In this document: in pieces, positions 26,346 to 38,503 of the stretch
Layout: every line of letters starts with the position of its first letter
Position numbering within the stretch: position 1 is the first letter of the stretch
Assembly: GCA_030324005.1 (NCBI GenBank)
Contig: JARDVH010000084.1
Span: 86,271,719 to 86,335,718 of the forward strand
From: Negaprion brevirostris
Taxonomy: Eukaryota
Direction: 5' to 3'
Length of the DNA: 64,000 nucleotides
The notes under the pieces: model-generated
The model's database searches: none
The model's input: the letters and a program-made list of their open reading frames with translations, nothing else
What the model was told of the DNA's origin: nothing
Translations under genes and position numbers: made by a program

Positions 26346-27156
26346 CTGGAGGTGAGAGCTGTATACTATTGACGACATGGCGGTTGGTGACGATTTTAAC
26401 TTCTGTTAAGGTCTGAGTCAAATCTTCCCCTGGTGCCTTAATGAAAAGGAAGGTTCATTATTTGCACTGGCAGCTAAATTCGTTTGCTGCGTATTCGGAA
26501 AATCCTTTGATCTTCCCATAACTGCTGCAATAAATTCAGTGTACCTGAACAATACTGGTTTATCGTTCAGATTTCGAACGTCCGCGATATTTGGTTAGTT
26601 TTGCGAATGAAACTTCCGGATATTTGGCGACGTCTTTCGAGGCGGAGGGGCGGGGGCGCGGGGGCGGGGGGCTCGCTGGAGGGTGTGTGGGCGGATGAGG
26701 AGGCGGCCAGGGCTGCAGGGGAGGGTTTGCATGGTGGGAGATGTGAGTCCGAATCATTCCCGCGACCTATGAACATTCGCAATACCTTTCGCATCTATCA
26801 AACATAGACTATTTGTCGACAGACTGAGACGAATGATTGTAAAACAATTTACGCCTCCACTCAATTCCACGCTTGAGGGCAGCAGACAACGAGTAGGAAA
26901 ACTCGGCGGTGTATAGCATTCACAACACCAGAACATGCTGGATGTACTGAACAATTCCGCAAGGATATGCGGAGAGTTAGATAATGAGTTTCCTCCTGAA
27001 CGGGTTACTACTGAGACAAATTTTCTTTCAACAGCAAATGAGTGAAAGCTGGAACTATTCTTCAGTGACAAATGTTGAGAAAGGGAACGATATCATTCAC
27101 TTGCCGAGCTTAATAGACGTGTGGGGTTACCCGGTGAGTCACATCTGCCACAAGTT

Positions 27157-27230
27157 ACCCTTGGCGTTGGAATGGTTTAGCACACTGCATGATAGCCACA
27201 TCAACTTCGATTCGAACCCAAATGATGACA
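27157..27230 (+). pseudogene. Decayed tRNA-His pseudogene
   Basis: ATGGTTTAGCACACTGCATGATAGCCACATCAACTTCGATTCGAACCCAAATGATGACA, preceded by the His upstream flank. Confidence 0.55.
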
Positions 27231-27255
27231 AGGATTACAACAAGCCTCCTATGAT

Positions 27256-27329
27256 GCTGTGTTTGTAGAATGGTGTTGTCGGCGGCTTTATGGTTGCAGT
27301 AGACCTAGGTTCGAACCCAAGTCACAGCA
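27256..27329 (+). pseudogene. Decayed tRNA-His pseudogene
   Basis: GCTGTG...TATGGTTGCAGTAGACCTAGGTTCGAACCCAAGTCACAGCA; B box kept; His 3' flank follows. Confidence 0.6.
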
Positions 27330-28613
27330 ACAACCATTTTTTTCAAAATTTAGCTCCCTGCGGCTCCGTCTCAAACAACGCAGAGAATTATTCCACAGCG
27401 GAGAATCATTAAAGGAGGAATCATGTTTCAATGGCAAAACGCCAAATCAGTCACATAAAAATTAATTATTAATGTCACACTAGGCTTACACTGCAAGGAA
27501 GTTGCGACAAAAATATTCTAGTCGCCACACTCGCATGACCTCACACTCTAACTAAAACTGTGGAGTTTGTTGGCTACCATCGCTATTCTGAGGTGACACG
27601 GTCTTTTCACACCGATGTGGATTGCTGCATTGAAACTGAGAAACTTCTCGTTCTTTGGGCTCACATCCACAATCCTGGAAGAGCCTTCATGCGATGACGA
27701 TCACAAAACATTCCTAGAAATATAATCATGCAGACATTGAGAACTGAGTTAAAAGTCGAAAATGCTGCAACAACGTTGCACTTCTGCGAATTTCTGTAGA
27801 CTGACAAATGGAGCTGTTGCCTCGAGTCTAGTGTTTCCAGATACACTGTTTTAATTTCAGATTTCCTCCGCCGGGATAACGCTGCGCTTATTGTATTGCT
27901 GAGTGAAAATCTAGGATATATTCGCAAAATAACTGGTGTTTAGCATCCAGAAGTTGGGGTTCATGAATGATTGGCTGCAACCGAAAAGGTCAGGAAGACC
28001 GATTGTGCTCCAATCCCAAATTGCCTGTTGAAATCTACGACTTCACTGAATGACAAAAATAACTCTTGTGATAGCAAATGAGAGATTTAGAAAAGGTTTC
28101 GCGTCATTCTGAAAAAAAGTTTTCAGAATGAACATGTCTTATGATACAGTTTTGAAAAGAAAACATTAAAGTGAGAATGTAAGGAAACCTGTTGTGTGAC
28201 AGAGAAAGAAGCCAAGACAGTAAATGAAGCCTCTCGGAATGTGCCGCGTTTTCGCGGAAACTGTGAACACTGCAAACATTCTGCAGAAAAGTCACCAGCT
28301 TTGATTCACCATCCAGACGATACTGTTTGTCTGATACATTCGATTCCCGACAAAACGTCGCTCAGTTCATCGCATTATTTTGTGCATTGGTCAGAACGTA
28401 TCAAATTTGTTCGAAGTGAATCATTCAACGGCCTTCCATCTGAAAGGGTCATTAGTGAGTCTTTTTCTTCACTCAGCAGCTAACTGTTTGGAAGTAAAAA
28501 CTATTTGTCTGTGATAAAGCGGCAGAGATGGAAAGGGTTGTTGTTGAGTTGCAGGGCTGTGTTGAAGTATCTGTCTTCTCGAAAACGAACTATTGCACTT
28601 GTTGCTTCGTGGC

Positions 28614-28684
28614 GCCCTGACCGTGCAATGGTTCATACTCTGCGTGTGGTTGCAGTAAACTCGATTCAAATGCGAGTCGCAGCA
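28614..28684 (+). pseudogene. tRNA-His(GTG)-derived pseudogene
   Basis: GCCCTGACCGTGCAATGGTTCATACTCTGCGTGTGGTTGCAGTAAACTCGATTCAAATGCGAGTCGCAGCA. Confidence 0.75.
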
Positions 28685-30188
28685 GCAGTTATTTTATACA
28701 CTTTCACTCTGCTGCTCATGCTCAAACGGAGAAAAAGAAGAATTACTTATCAAAGGAGAATAATTTGTTTTTACGGCAAATCGTTCAAGCAGGCATGCAA
28801 AAAGTGCTCCCAGGTATGTTTCTGATGCTCCAGAATTCAAAGGCAAATCTTGACCCAGGCATTTGCCTTCCACAGTTACTAAATTCCTTTCCTTCTGTCC
28901 TTCCATTCCATCCGATTTCCCTGTGGCATTGTATCATTTCACACGTTCACTCCCGGAGAAATAAGCTCAAATAACACAGCAAATAAGTAAGTGTGAGAGG
29001 GGAATCATTTGGTGGAAGAGACATATTTTCATGGCTGGACACCCAGGCTCATACATCATCCTTTCATGCCCAACGCCCTGACGTGCTTCTGGTGTTCGTC
29101 AATTCGAACGCATGTCTTCTCCATGATTCCCCCATTTCGCAAGCACCAAACATCTTTAAANNNNNNNNNNNNNNNNNNNNNNNNNNNNNNNNNNNNNNNN
29201 NNNNNNNNNNNNNNNNNNNNNNNNNNNNNNNNNNNNNNNNNNNNNNNNNNNNNNNNNNNNACTAATCGTTTGCATTTACTAACGCATTGAGGCAATAGGA
29301 ATAGACGAGCATTTTGGGTAACATACATATTCGTGCTTCCAGAAACTGATTTGCGTATTTCGGGCCGGAGGATTCAATGAGTGAAATTGGAAATTTCGGC
29401 CACAGTTGTTTGTCCGCATCATGAAAAAGAACATAACATGTTTCTGCGGACATGCAAAGATAAAAAAAATCGTAAAATAAGGTGAATGCTTCGAATGTAG
29501 GAGGCTGGAGGGAAGTGGATGCATGGACGTTCGCGGCCCGAGAAGCTCAGACTCTCTATGTAACAACCAGAAAATATCTGTGTTCTATTTCGCAGCTGGA
29601 AAGAATGCAGTAACACATGTGCGACTGGTTATTATGTTCCCCTGCTACTTCAAGAGTTGGTGGTGCATCTCACACCGAAGACTTCATTTTACGCTCAACC
29701 TGCATTCATAGTTCATCTGCACCTGAGAACACACGATTCACCAGCGGCATCAGCCTGCTTATGGCTAACTTCCGAGTACAGAAGCATTTCCAGGAGCGAA
29801 CCTAGAGAGAATTCCAGACCAACCAGCCTGATTCTGATGCTGTGCATATTTGTGAGCATCATGATATACGTTTGGTTGCATACCCTAAACAATGGCACCC
29901 GTCTCCAAACGATTAAACTGAGAACACAGTGATAACTTTCAGCATCTGTAGACGATGGAATTAAAACCAGCCCAACCTCGACTCCGTCGTGGGAAGCTAT
30001 GGGAATCAGTTTTGTGGGGGCGGGGGATTTGGGATTGGGGGATGCCGATTGAGATGAAGCGTAACTCTGAATCAGAGTCGGAAAACAAAACGCATTGTGC
30101 TGTGGGGGTAGTGTCTCATTCTGTGCAATGACTAAAAGTTCCTGACGGTCCTGGTTAACTCAAGGAAACATATAAGCAAAATTCAGAA

Positions 30189-30245
30189 TGTAGTGGGCTG
30201 GAAACGAAAGTACGCAGCCAAACTCCATTACTCAGACATAACTAC
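30189..30245 (-). pseudogene. Internally deleted tRNA-Ser pseudogene
   Basis: Reverse complement GTAGTTATGTCTGAGT/AATGGAGTTTGGCTGCGTACTTTCGTTTCCAGCCCACTACA; the flank 30065-30188 matches the 3' flank of Ser 1993. Confidence 0.55.
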
Positions 30246-30543
30246 CAGCGAAGCAAATTAACGCCAGTGAGTGAACTGATTTTGGCAACGTTTATAATGG
30301 AAGGCACAGTGCCTCACTCAGAAATAGTCAAGTCAGCATCCTTCGTTTATGGCCTTGAAAGATCAAACGGGAAGGAATTGGAGACATAAAGTCAAACGTT
30401 TGAATTGAAAGGATTGTCGATGCTACTCATCAGGAACTAAAAGTGTGTTCAGAGCAAGCACAATATTCAGAAAGGCGAAACTGATATCTACAACAGTGAC
30501 CGTAAATACTTCTGCGTTTACTTGAGCCGTTGATTACGATGAA

Positions 30544-30617
30544 GCATCTGTGGCGCAAATGGCTAGCGTGTTTGGTGGTTTACTGTAAAGGTGGTGCATC
30601 TATTCCACAAAGGAACG
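30544..30617 (+). pseudogene. tRNA-Asn(GTT)-derived pseudogene
   Basis: GCATCTGTGGCGCAAATGGCTAGCGTGTTTGGTGGTTTACTGTAAAGGTGGTGCATCTATTCCACAAAGGAACG, 74 nt. Confidence 0.7.
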
Positions 30618-31994
30618 AAGAACACTGCGCCATCTGCCCCTGTTCATTCTTTGCATCACACGGTGTTAAATTGTGTCCTTCGTTTCCTTGCCAAAAGGCG
30701 CCACACAGACTCAGCATTCACCCGGGCAAGTCAGTTCCCAAATAGAAACTTCATCAATATCAACTCAAATAAAATGTGCTGATATCCACCCATATCGAAT
30801 ACTGCATTTCAAAATTACGTCTGATTCAGTGGCCAGGAATATGGAAGATAGAATATATTATCGAAAGTAGCGAGGTAAGATATTTACATGGAATTAAAAA
30901 AACACATTTGTTTCTAATAGTAATAAATCACCTCGAGTTGATGCTCGAAACAAAAGACAAAGTCTTCATATACTTATCCCTATTTCAGCATTCACAAAAT
31001 CTAACAGCCAACGTAAAAATGAAGCAACACGCAAAATTCAACAGCCTAGTCCCCTATGTAATTTGACCTACAGCGGGAAAATGGTACTACTAAGGGGGCT
31101 ACGAAACTATGAAATTTCATCCCGAAGCTGCAGCTGTAATTGCACTGTGGAGCGCAAGGTTTCATTTCATGACCACAGAATATGTGCATTAAAGTCGAGG
31201 CCACCCAACGGGCGATAAGAAATGAGTGGTGCCGTCTTTCCGGAGGCATCTTACTTGCCTGCCCGGCTCGATGCAGTGAAACCGCCAACAGTGTATTCAA
31301 TTAAAGCAACAGATAATTCGTGATTATGAGAGCTCGCGGCGTGTATACGAGGATCTCCTCAGCTCATACTCTGCTGCGGTTTTATTCATTCAACAATGAT
31401 CAAACTCGTCATCTTCCTTCTCACATCTCTTTTGTGAGAGAAGACATTCCTTCAATATTTGCTCTATCAGCATCTCCAACAATTCACCCGGAATTCTTTG
31501 GGAGGAGGCAGCAAAACTCACCGTCACCATGAGGATTATTCCGGTGTCTCGACTATTTTTTGACAGGGGAGGTTCCTCAGGGACATAGGAGCAATGAGAA
31601 AGAATTCACAAAGCTTTGCTAAATATTGCGAGTCGGATAGAGAAAGTGGGAGCTCAGCGGCAAAGGAAATCCAATGTCCAGCCTGTGAATGATGAGAATT
31701 AATTGGCGATTATGAAAGAGAGAGAATGACGGAGTGAGCAATCCTTCAGTTGCAGGACTGGTTGGATGTGTGGGCTTACCCGGCCAGGCATAAGCCCATA
31801 TATGTGTGGCGTGAACTTCCATCAGAAAGGGTGATTAGTGAATTTTTTTTCACTCAACAGGCAAGTGCTTGAAAGAAAAATGGCATGTGTCTTCGATAAA
31901 CGATCCGAGATGCAAAGTGTTGTCTTTTAGTTGCAGTGCTGTGTGGCAATGTATGACTTCTCGAGCACGTTCCATCGCATTAAACCGTTGGTGA

Positions 31995-32066
31995 CGCGTC
32001 ACCGTTTAGTGGTTAGGGCTCTGTGTTGTGCTCGTAGTAACCTTGGTTCGGATCCACATCCCCACA
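31995..32066 (+). pseudogene. tRNA-His(GTG)-derived pseudogene
   Basis: CGTTTAGTGGTTAGGGCTCTGTGTTGTGCTCGTAGTAACCTTGGTTCGGATCC; close paralog of 15796. Confidence 0.75.
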
Positions 32067-32816
32067 GCTTCTCGTTCTGCTCATGATGCTCAAGCAACAA
32101 AGCGAAGTAATTTCAAACGATTTTTTTTTATGTCCAAAGGTTTAATCGGTCATATATATAAAATGCTTTCAGATTATATCGCTGATGTTCAAAATCATAC
32201 ATTCGCACAGACACTTCACATTTCACAATCACTAATCTCCTTTATTTCACTCCTTCCATTCCATCCTAATTTCCACTGACATTGCACAATTTCACACGTT
32301 CACCCCCTGCAAGCACAGCGAAAAAGTAAGTGTTAGGCGGGAGTCGTTTGCGGGTGCAGACATACTTCCATGGCAAGGCGCTCAGTCACGTATATAATCT
32401 TTTCATATCTAACACATTTACGTGCCTCTGGCGCTCCTCAATTCAAGCGCACCTCTTCTCCATGATTCCCCCTTTCCAAGCACAAAATTTCTTTACTTCA
32501 CTCCTTACATTACATTCGAACTTTCCTGTGATCTTCCATCGTCTCATATTTTCGCAAACACCGTGGAGTTCGGTTCCTCGAANNNNNNNNNNNNNNNNNN
32601 NNNNNNNNNNNNNNNNNNNNNNNNNNNNNNNNNNNNNNNNNNNNNNNNNNNNNNNNNNNNNNNNNNNNNNNNNNNNNNNNNNCTACCCCTCCCCCCCTTC
32701 TACCTCCTTCTCTACTCCGACTGAAGCATTTGAACCCCGGAACCTGCAATTGAAGCGCGAAAAAGCAAATGTTTCTTCCACTTCAATTCGAGCAACTTTG
32801 GTTCAGCTGTTTGTCA

Positions 32817-32897
32817 GTAGTCGTGGCCAGTGATTGCGGTGATGGACCTGAAATCCCTTGGGGTTTCCATGCGCGGGTTCTCATCCTACCTACTACG
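32817..32897 (+). pseudogene. tRNA-Ser-derived pseudogene (loop reads TGA)
   Basis: GTAGTCGTGGCCAGTGATTGCGGTGATGGACCTGAAATCCCTTGGGGTTTCCATGCGCGGGTTCTCATCCTACCTACTACG; A and B boxes damaged. Confidence 0.85.
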
Positions 32898-33083
32898 GCT
32901 ACATTTATGCATTCGTTCTTCCTACTTTTTACCAGGAACTCTTAAAAGTTGCACAAAATGGGACTCCACAGCTCTTTCTGATTCACAGTTACTCTTGTTT
33001 TCAATCTACTTCTTCGCAGTAACTGGTTCTCACAAAAAGAAATTAAGACTGTTTCCTGGCCGTTCCGCCCAGGCTGCATTTTG

Positions 33084-33155
33084 TCCCTGGTGGTCTCGTG
33101 GCTAGAATTCGGCACTTCCGCCGCTGCGCCACGGCTTCGATTCCCAATCAGGGAA
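33084..33155 (+). pseudogene. tRNA-Glu-derived pseudogene
   Basis: TCCCTGGTGGTCTCGTGGCTAGAATTCGGCACTTCCGCCGCTGCGCCACGGCTTCGATTCCCAATCAGGGAA versus canonical TCCCTGGTGGTCTAGTGG...GGTTCGATTCCCGGTCAGGGAA. Confidence 0.85.
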
Positions 33156-34299
33156 CTTTGCTTTCATTCGCAGAACAACTGATCAAATCACAGCTGCTCT
33201 GGAGGAGAACATATTTCGTCACTTACTTTCATAATCTCCGTGAGTTTGTTGTACAATAATCCACATGTTTGTTAAACCACCACCTGTATTTGCCATGTCA
33301 AGCCATGCTGATAAGTGGCCCACATGTCAGCGCCTCCATTATTTCCTTGAGTTCACGGTTGGGATGGAACAAGATGGCGAAATGGTGAATAGTTTGCCCT
33401 TACTCGATTGGATAAATTGGCTGTCTTTTCCACAGCACGCATGATGTGTTTCGATCTTTCAGACACTGTTTAGAAACATGTGTTCATTTCCGAATCTATG
33501 GAGTTTTAACTGAACCTCTGAAAATTATCATCGGAGACAGAGAATATTTAAACAACGGTTTCAAATTTTGAGAAACCTTTTGGAATCTGGCTTCATGTTC
33601 CAGTGGCTGGCAGAGATATGCAAGAATACGATGTGAACTGAGGCAGCATTCATCGAAAGAATTTACATCAAACAATTAATGAGATGGTCATTGCTGCAGC
33701 AAAAGTATCTTTCTACAACTATGTGTAATTGGCTGTGATAGTTTTAATGAATCTGTGACTATACCACTGTGAATACAAAAGGAAATGATTTCAAAAATCT
33801 CAACTGTTAGCACTTTGGGAATTCTACCGGATTGGAGGGGGTGGGGGTGGGGTTGGGGGTGGTGGTGGGTCGGGGGTTTGGACAAAAACGAATTTCTAGC
33901 CATTAGATAAAAGCAGACTAAAGCAGATGTTCGAATCAGAATGAACAGACAAAAATACTGGAACATTTCAGCAGCTGTGATGTGATCTGTTTAGAAAGAG
34001 AGCACATGAAATTGTCGAGCAAGTTCAGATTTGACAACGTGCCATCTTTGATCCAAACTGAAAAAAAGATGCAAGCGGGCCTTTCGATCTCCACTTCTTG
34101 ATGTTTACATGCGTACCTCTCAATCTCTTTACTGCTAATCTACAAGATTACCCCAGTTGGGTAAATCTGCCCTTTGCACGACTAAATGACATTCCGTAAT
34201 CGATTCAAACAAGAGACCGAGGCATATTTTCTTAGTTCCAAGGAAACGAATGTACAATGCGTACCTGAGCTGCATTCGCCTGCTCTGCACTGGCGTAAC

Positions 34300-34373
34300 T
34301 GCGTCGTTAGTATAGTGGCTTATATCCCCGCCTATCTCGCGGGAGTAGTGGGGTTCAGTTCTCAGACAGGGCG
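34300..34373 (+). pseudogene. tRNA-Asp(GTC)-derived pseudogene
   Basis: TCGTTAGTATAGTGGCTTATATCCCCGCCTATCTCGCGGGAG...GGGGTTCAGTTCTCAGACAGGG; A box intact, anticodon reads ATC. Confidence 0.8.
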
Positions 34374-34859
34374 AGGGTTGCAGCTTTGATTGTGTATTTA
34401 CTACCGCCAGCATTTTGAAGTGAAAATTGTGACTCTCAAGTCAAACGCTTTCCAAAATATGATTTCTTACGTGCCTATGGCATTTTTCGTCCGTGCAAAG
34501 CAAACTTCTTTCAATTCATCAGCATTTTACTCACCTCAAACGTGCGCATGCCGGTGTTGGATTGGCGAGGATACCGTCAGAAGCCTCAGAGAGAAAATAA
34601 ACTGCTTAAAGTCCAATATGTTTTTTGCCATCTCGAGCTGTCGGATTTCTGTCCCTCCAGCAGTTGAGCGGTGTTATGTTCACATCACGGCATCTTCAGG
34701 CCTCAGACATAATGGGAAATCAATTGCCATCGGATTGTAAACGATGGTTAGAATGTGAGTCTTTTCAGTTTGTCCAGTTTTGAAAAGTACAGACAATGCA
34801 ATCGAGGAGGGGGATAATCACAGAGTAATGATATGTGAATTGTCCAAAGCGAGTGCAGT

Positions 34860-35080
34860 TAGTAAGATATTGTAATTCCGGGCAAGATGGCGAGGAGTTC
34901 GAGTCGTATGACTTGAAGTCAAGCTCCCAGTTGAGGCCTTCGTAGTCTATGAACCTTCCTGTCAGTTTCTGCTCGGACATTCCGCGTTGCCGTGTGCCAT
35001 GAAGATCGCCTTGGAGAACGCTGACCCGAAGGTGGGAGACTGAGTCAACGAGACTGCTGAAGTGTTCCCCGAACAGAAAG
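34860..35080 (-). mobile_element. Penelope-like ORF C-terminal remnant in the Asp-Glu spacer
   Basis: Minus strand: EHFSS...HLRVSVLQGDLHGTRQRGMSEQKLTGRF...GLNWEL; paralogs at ~56360-56590 and ~58270-58497. Confidence 0.6.
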
Positions 35081-35120
35081 GAAGGCTACTTCCTGGTCAT
35101 TCAGTGGTAGTTTTGCGTCG

Positions 35121-35192
35121 TCCTTGGTGGTCGAGTGGCTAGACTTCGGCGATCTCGTCGCCGTGGCCTGGGTTCGATTCTTAGGCTGGGGA
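35121..35192 (+). pseudogene. tRNA-Glu(CTC)-derived pseudogene
   Basis: TCCTTGGTGGTCGAGTGGCTAGACTTCGGCGATCTCGTCGCCGTGGCCTGGGTTCGATTCTTAGGCTGGGGA, 72 nt. Confidence 0.85.
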
Positions 35193-36365
35193 TTTTGCTT
35201 TCATTCGCAAAACAACTGATTAAATCACAACCTTTCTGGAGGAGAACATGTTTCGTCCCTTATTTTTCGAAGCTCCAACAGTGTGTTGTGCAACAATTCA
35301 CATGTTTGTTAAACCACCAACTTTATTCGGGATGTCAAGCCAAGCTGATAAGTGACCCACATGCCAGCGCCTCCATTATTTCTCTGAGCTCAGTGTTGGC
35401 ACAGAACAAGATGGTGAAATGGTGTCTCGTCTGCCCTTACTCGATAGGATAAATTGGCTGCCTTTTCCACAGCAGGCATGATGTGATTCGATCTTTCAGA
35501 AACTGCTTAGAAACGTGTGTCCTTTCCCGAATCCGTCGCAACACCATGGAGTTTTAACTGAGCTGCGTAAAATTATCATCGGAGACACAGAATATTTAAA
35601 CAACGGTTTCAAGATTTGAGAAACGTTGCTTGGAATGAGCCTTCATTTTCCAGTGGCTGGTAGAGATATGCGAGAATGCGAAGTGAACTGAGGCAGCATT
35701 CATCGAAAGAATCTACAACAAACAATTAATGATATGGTCATTGCTGCAGCAAAAATAATCTTTCCATAATCATGTGTAATTGGCAATGATCATTTTAATG
35801 AATCTACAACTGTACCACTGTGAATACAAAAGGAAATCATTTCAAAATTCTCTGCTGTTTGCAGTTTTGGACTTCCAGCGGTGTGGAGGGCGTGGGAGTG
35901 GGGTTGGATGTAATGGTGGGTGTGATTGGGGTGGGGTGGGGGCGAGGTTGGACAAAAACGAATTTCTCCCCATTATGTAAAAGCAAAATAAAGCAGATGC
36001 TCGTATCAGAATGAACAAACAAAAACACTGGAACATTTCAGCACCTGGGATGTGATCTGTTGATAGAGAGAGCACCTAATTTTTTTCCAGCAAGTTCAGA
36101 TTTGTAGACATGCAATGTTTGCTCCAAAGTGTGAAAAAATGCAAGCGGACATTTCGATCTCTACTTGGTGTTTTCACGCGTACCTCTCAACTTCTTTACT
36201 GCTAATCTACAAGACTGTGTCAGTTGGGTAAATCTGTTCTTGCGCGATTAAATGATACTCCGTAATCGGCTAAAACAACATATCTCGCCATATTTTTGTC
36301 GATCCAAGGAAACGAACGTAAAATGCGTACCTGAGTTGAATGAGCTTGCTGCCGCCCAGCGTAGC

Positions 36366-36428
36366 TCCTCGTTAGTATAGTGGTTCGTATCTTTGCGGGA
36401 GACCGGCGTTCAATTCTTCGCTGGGGAG
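36366..36428 (+). pseudogene. tRNA-Asp pseudogene lacking the anticodon loop
   Basis: TCCTCGTTAGTATAGTGGTTCGTATCTTTGCGGGAGACCGGCGTTCAATTCTTCGCTGGGGAG, 63 nt; ~9-nt deletion across the anticodon. Confidence 0.8.
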
Positions 36429-36989
36429 CGTTTCGCAATTTTGATATGTCAGATTGTACATTTGCTGTCGCCAGCATTTTGAAGTGAAAATAATGAATCT
36501 CAAGTCAAAACGCTTTCCTAAGTGTGATTCGTTACATTCTTTCGACATTTTCCTTCCGTGCAGCTCAACCTTCTTTCAATTCATCAACATTTTACTTATC
36601 TCAGACGTGGGCATGTCAGCATTGGATTGGCGGGGGTACACACAGAAGTCTCAGGGAGAAGAAACAGTTCAAGTCCAATAGGGTTTATTTGGAATCACGA
36701 ACTGTCGGATTTCTGCCCCTCCACCAGGTGAGCGGAGGTACGTTCAGATCACGGAATCTTCACGCCTAAGGCATAAGGAGACATACAGTGATATGAGTAT
36801 ATTCGTAACGTGCAACACTAATTCATGTGTGGGGATGGTGGGGGAGGGGAAGGACATCCTAAACACGACCAGTTGCTGATGTTTTGTCCCATTTCCAATT
36901 GCTTGTTTCAGATTTACAGTTTACTTGCATTTTCAGGTGCTTTGTCATCGTACCTGATCCATTGTACCATGCTGGAAAATGTTTAAATT

Positions 36990-37260
36990 CCTAGCGCAGT
37001 GCGGGCTTCACTCGGAATCTAAATGTGAGGTCGAGCGATACCATGAGCTAAGGAACGATCGGCTGAGCATTCTCCAAAGCGGCTTTCAAGGTGGACCACA
37101 ACGCAGAATCCGCTTGCTGAAGCTGATAGCCAAGACGCACGTCCATGAAGACGGCCTTAAGCGGGATCTGGGGTCCGTTTCACACTACATTTAACCCCAC
37201 CAAGCAGTTCTCTGGGGAAGAAATCTTCCTAAATGTTCTCTTTGATATCATTCACACTTT
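36990..37260 (+). mobile_element. Penelope-like element fragment
   Basis: ORF 36979-37194 ends LSILQSGFQGGPQRRI...KLIAKTHVHEDGLKRDLG.VSHYI, the same family as 24290-24400. Confidence 0.65.
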
Positions 37261-37264
37261 GATG

Positions 37265-37800
37265 ACTCCCAAGTTATCCAATCGTTCTACCTCCACTTCT
37301 AATTTATGATGGAGTTCATAAGGCACTTCACAGGCTCATAATAATATAGGTGTGGCCTCTTAGTTAAATAAGTTTGAGCTTGAGACCCTGTTATTTCTTG
37401 CAGTGCCTTCAGGGAAACATCTGATTACCAGTACAGGAGCACTTGAAAATCTCCATCCAGAGCACTTACATCTCCAGCCTGTCTAACCTTTTCAGCTTCA
37501 ACCAGTCTGAGCTATGAGAAAAAGGTCCGTGACCCTCGATCCCTAGAACTGTTTACTGTTCTGTTTGGTTTCTGTCGGATACAATTCCTAGAACTGATCC
37601 AACTGGCTTCAGCATCCTCCTGTATAATTAGATAAAGTGGCTTCTGGACAACTTAACCTCAAGGATTGCAGGCTGACCTTTTAGGAGGTGTCTGAATGCT
37701 TGCACAGTTGTGACCGTGGCCGTGGCACCAATGACGAAGTCCACCTTTTGGGATCTTCCATGATTATCAGAATTGTCTCTATAAATGGCAGCTTGATTAG
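37265..37800 (-). mobile_element. Gypsy pol fragment (inverted paralog of ~2700-3215)
   Basis: TCTACCTCCACTTCTAATTTATGATGGAG is the reverse complement of 3169-3197; colinear to the protease region. Confidence 0.75.
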
Positions 37801-38421
37801 TTAGACGAGCTTCAACGCATCAATTTCGATCGTTTCTTCGCTCCTTGGCTAATTATTCATCATGTTTTTTGTACGTTCTGTCTTTCCTTTTTTGCCCTGC
37901 ACGGTGCCTGCAAATGACCCTCCTTCTTACGGCAAAAAAAAAACATATAAACAAAACACCGTCTGTAATTCGTTTCGCTTTTGAAAGGAAGCATTTTCAC
38001 TCGATCTATCTGACACGTAAGTGCTTGAGCTGTGAAATTCATCCAGACTTTTCGGCTCTCTGCCTGTTTCCGACCAGAACATTTTTTCTAGTTCTCCCAG
38101 ATTTCTTGTTATCCACCCCTCTGTTTTCCTCAGATGAATCGCTCTCTGTAATTCATCTACCCCGCCTGTTGTTGGTAAATGTGAGCGGATTTGTTGACTG
38201 TGCGATTGTTCATNNNNNNNNNNAGCGAGAAGCAGGGCCTCTTCACTGTTTATCGCAGCAGTGACTATCTCCGCCTGTCAATCAGCGATGTGGCTGAATC
38301 AACATTTCATGTGCAGTTTTATGTTGGGTAATCTTTCGAGAATTAAAGCGCAAAATAAAGCATGAAAAAACAAATGTTTCTTCCAGTCTTATTAGAACAA
38401 CATTTCCACATTTAATTGTTA

Positions 38422-38503
38422 GCAGTCGTGGCCGAGTGGTTAAGGCGACGAAGTAGTAATCCGTTGGGGTTTCCCCACACAGGTTCGAACACTGCCGTCT
38501 ACG
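38422..38503 (+). pseudogene. tRNA-Ser(AGA)-derived pseudogene, anticodon position reads AGT
   Basis: GCAGTCGTGGCCGAGTGGTTAAGGCGACGAAGTAGTAATCCGTTGGGGTTTCCCCACACAGGTTCGAACACTGCCGTCTACG; mismatches in acceptor, anticodon and T stems. Confidence 0.88.
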
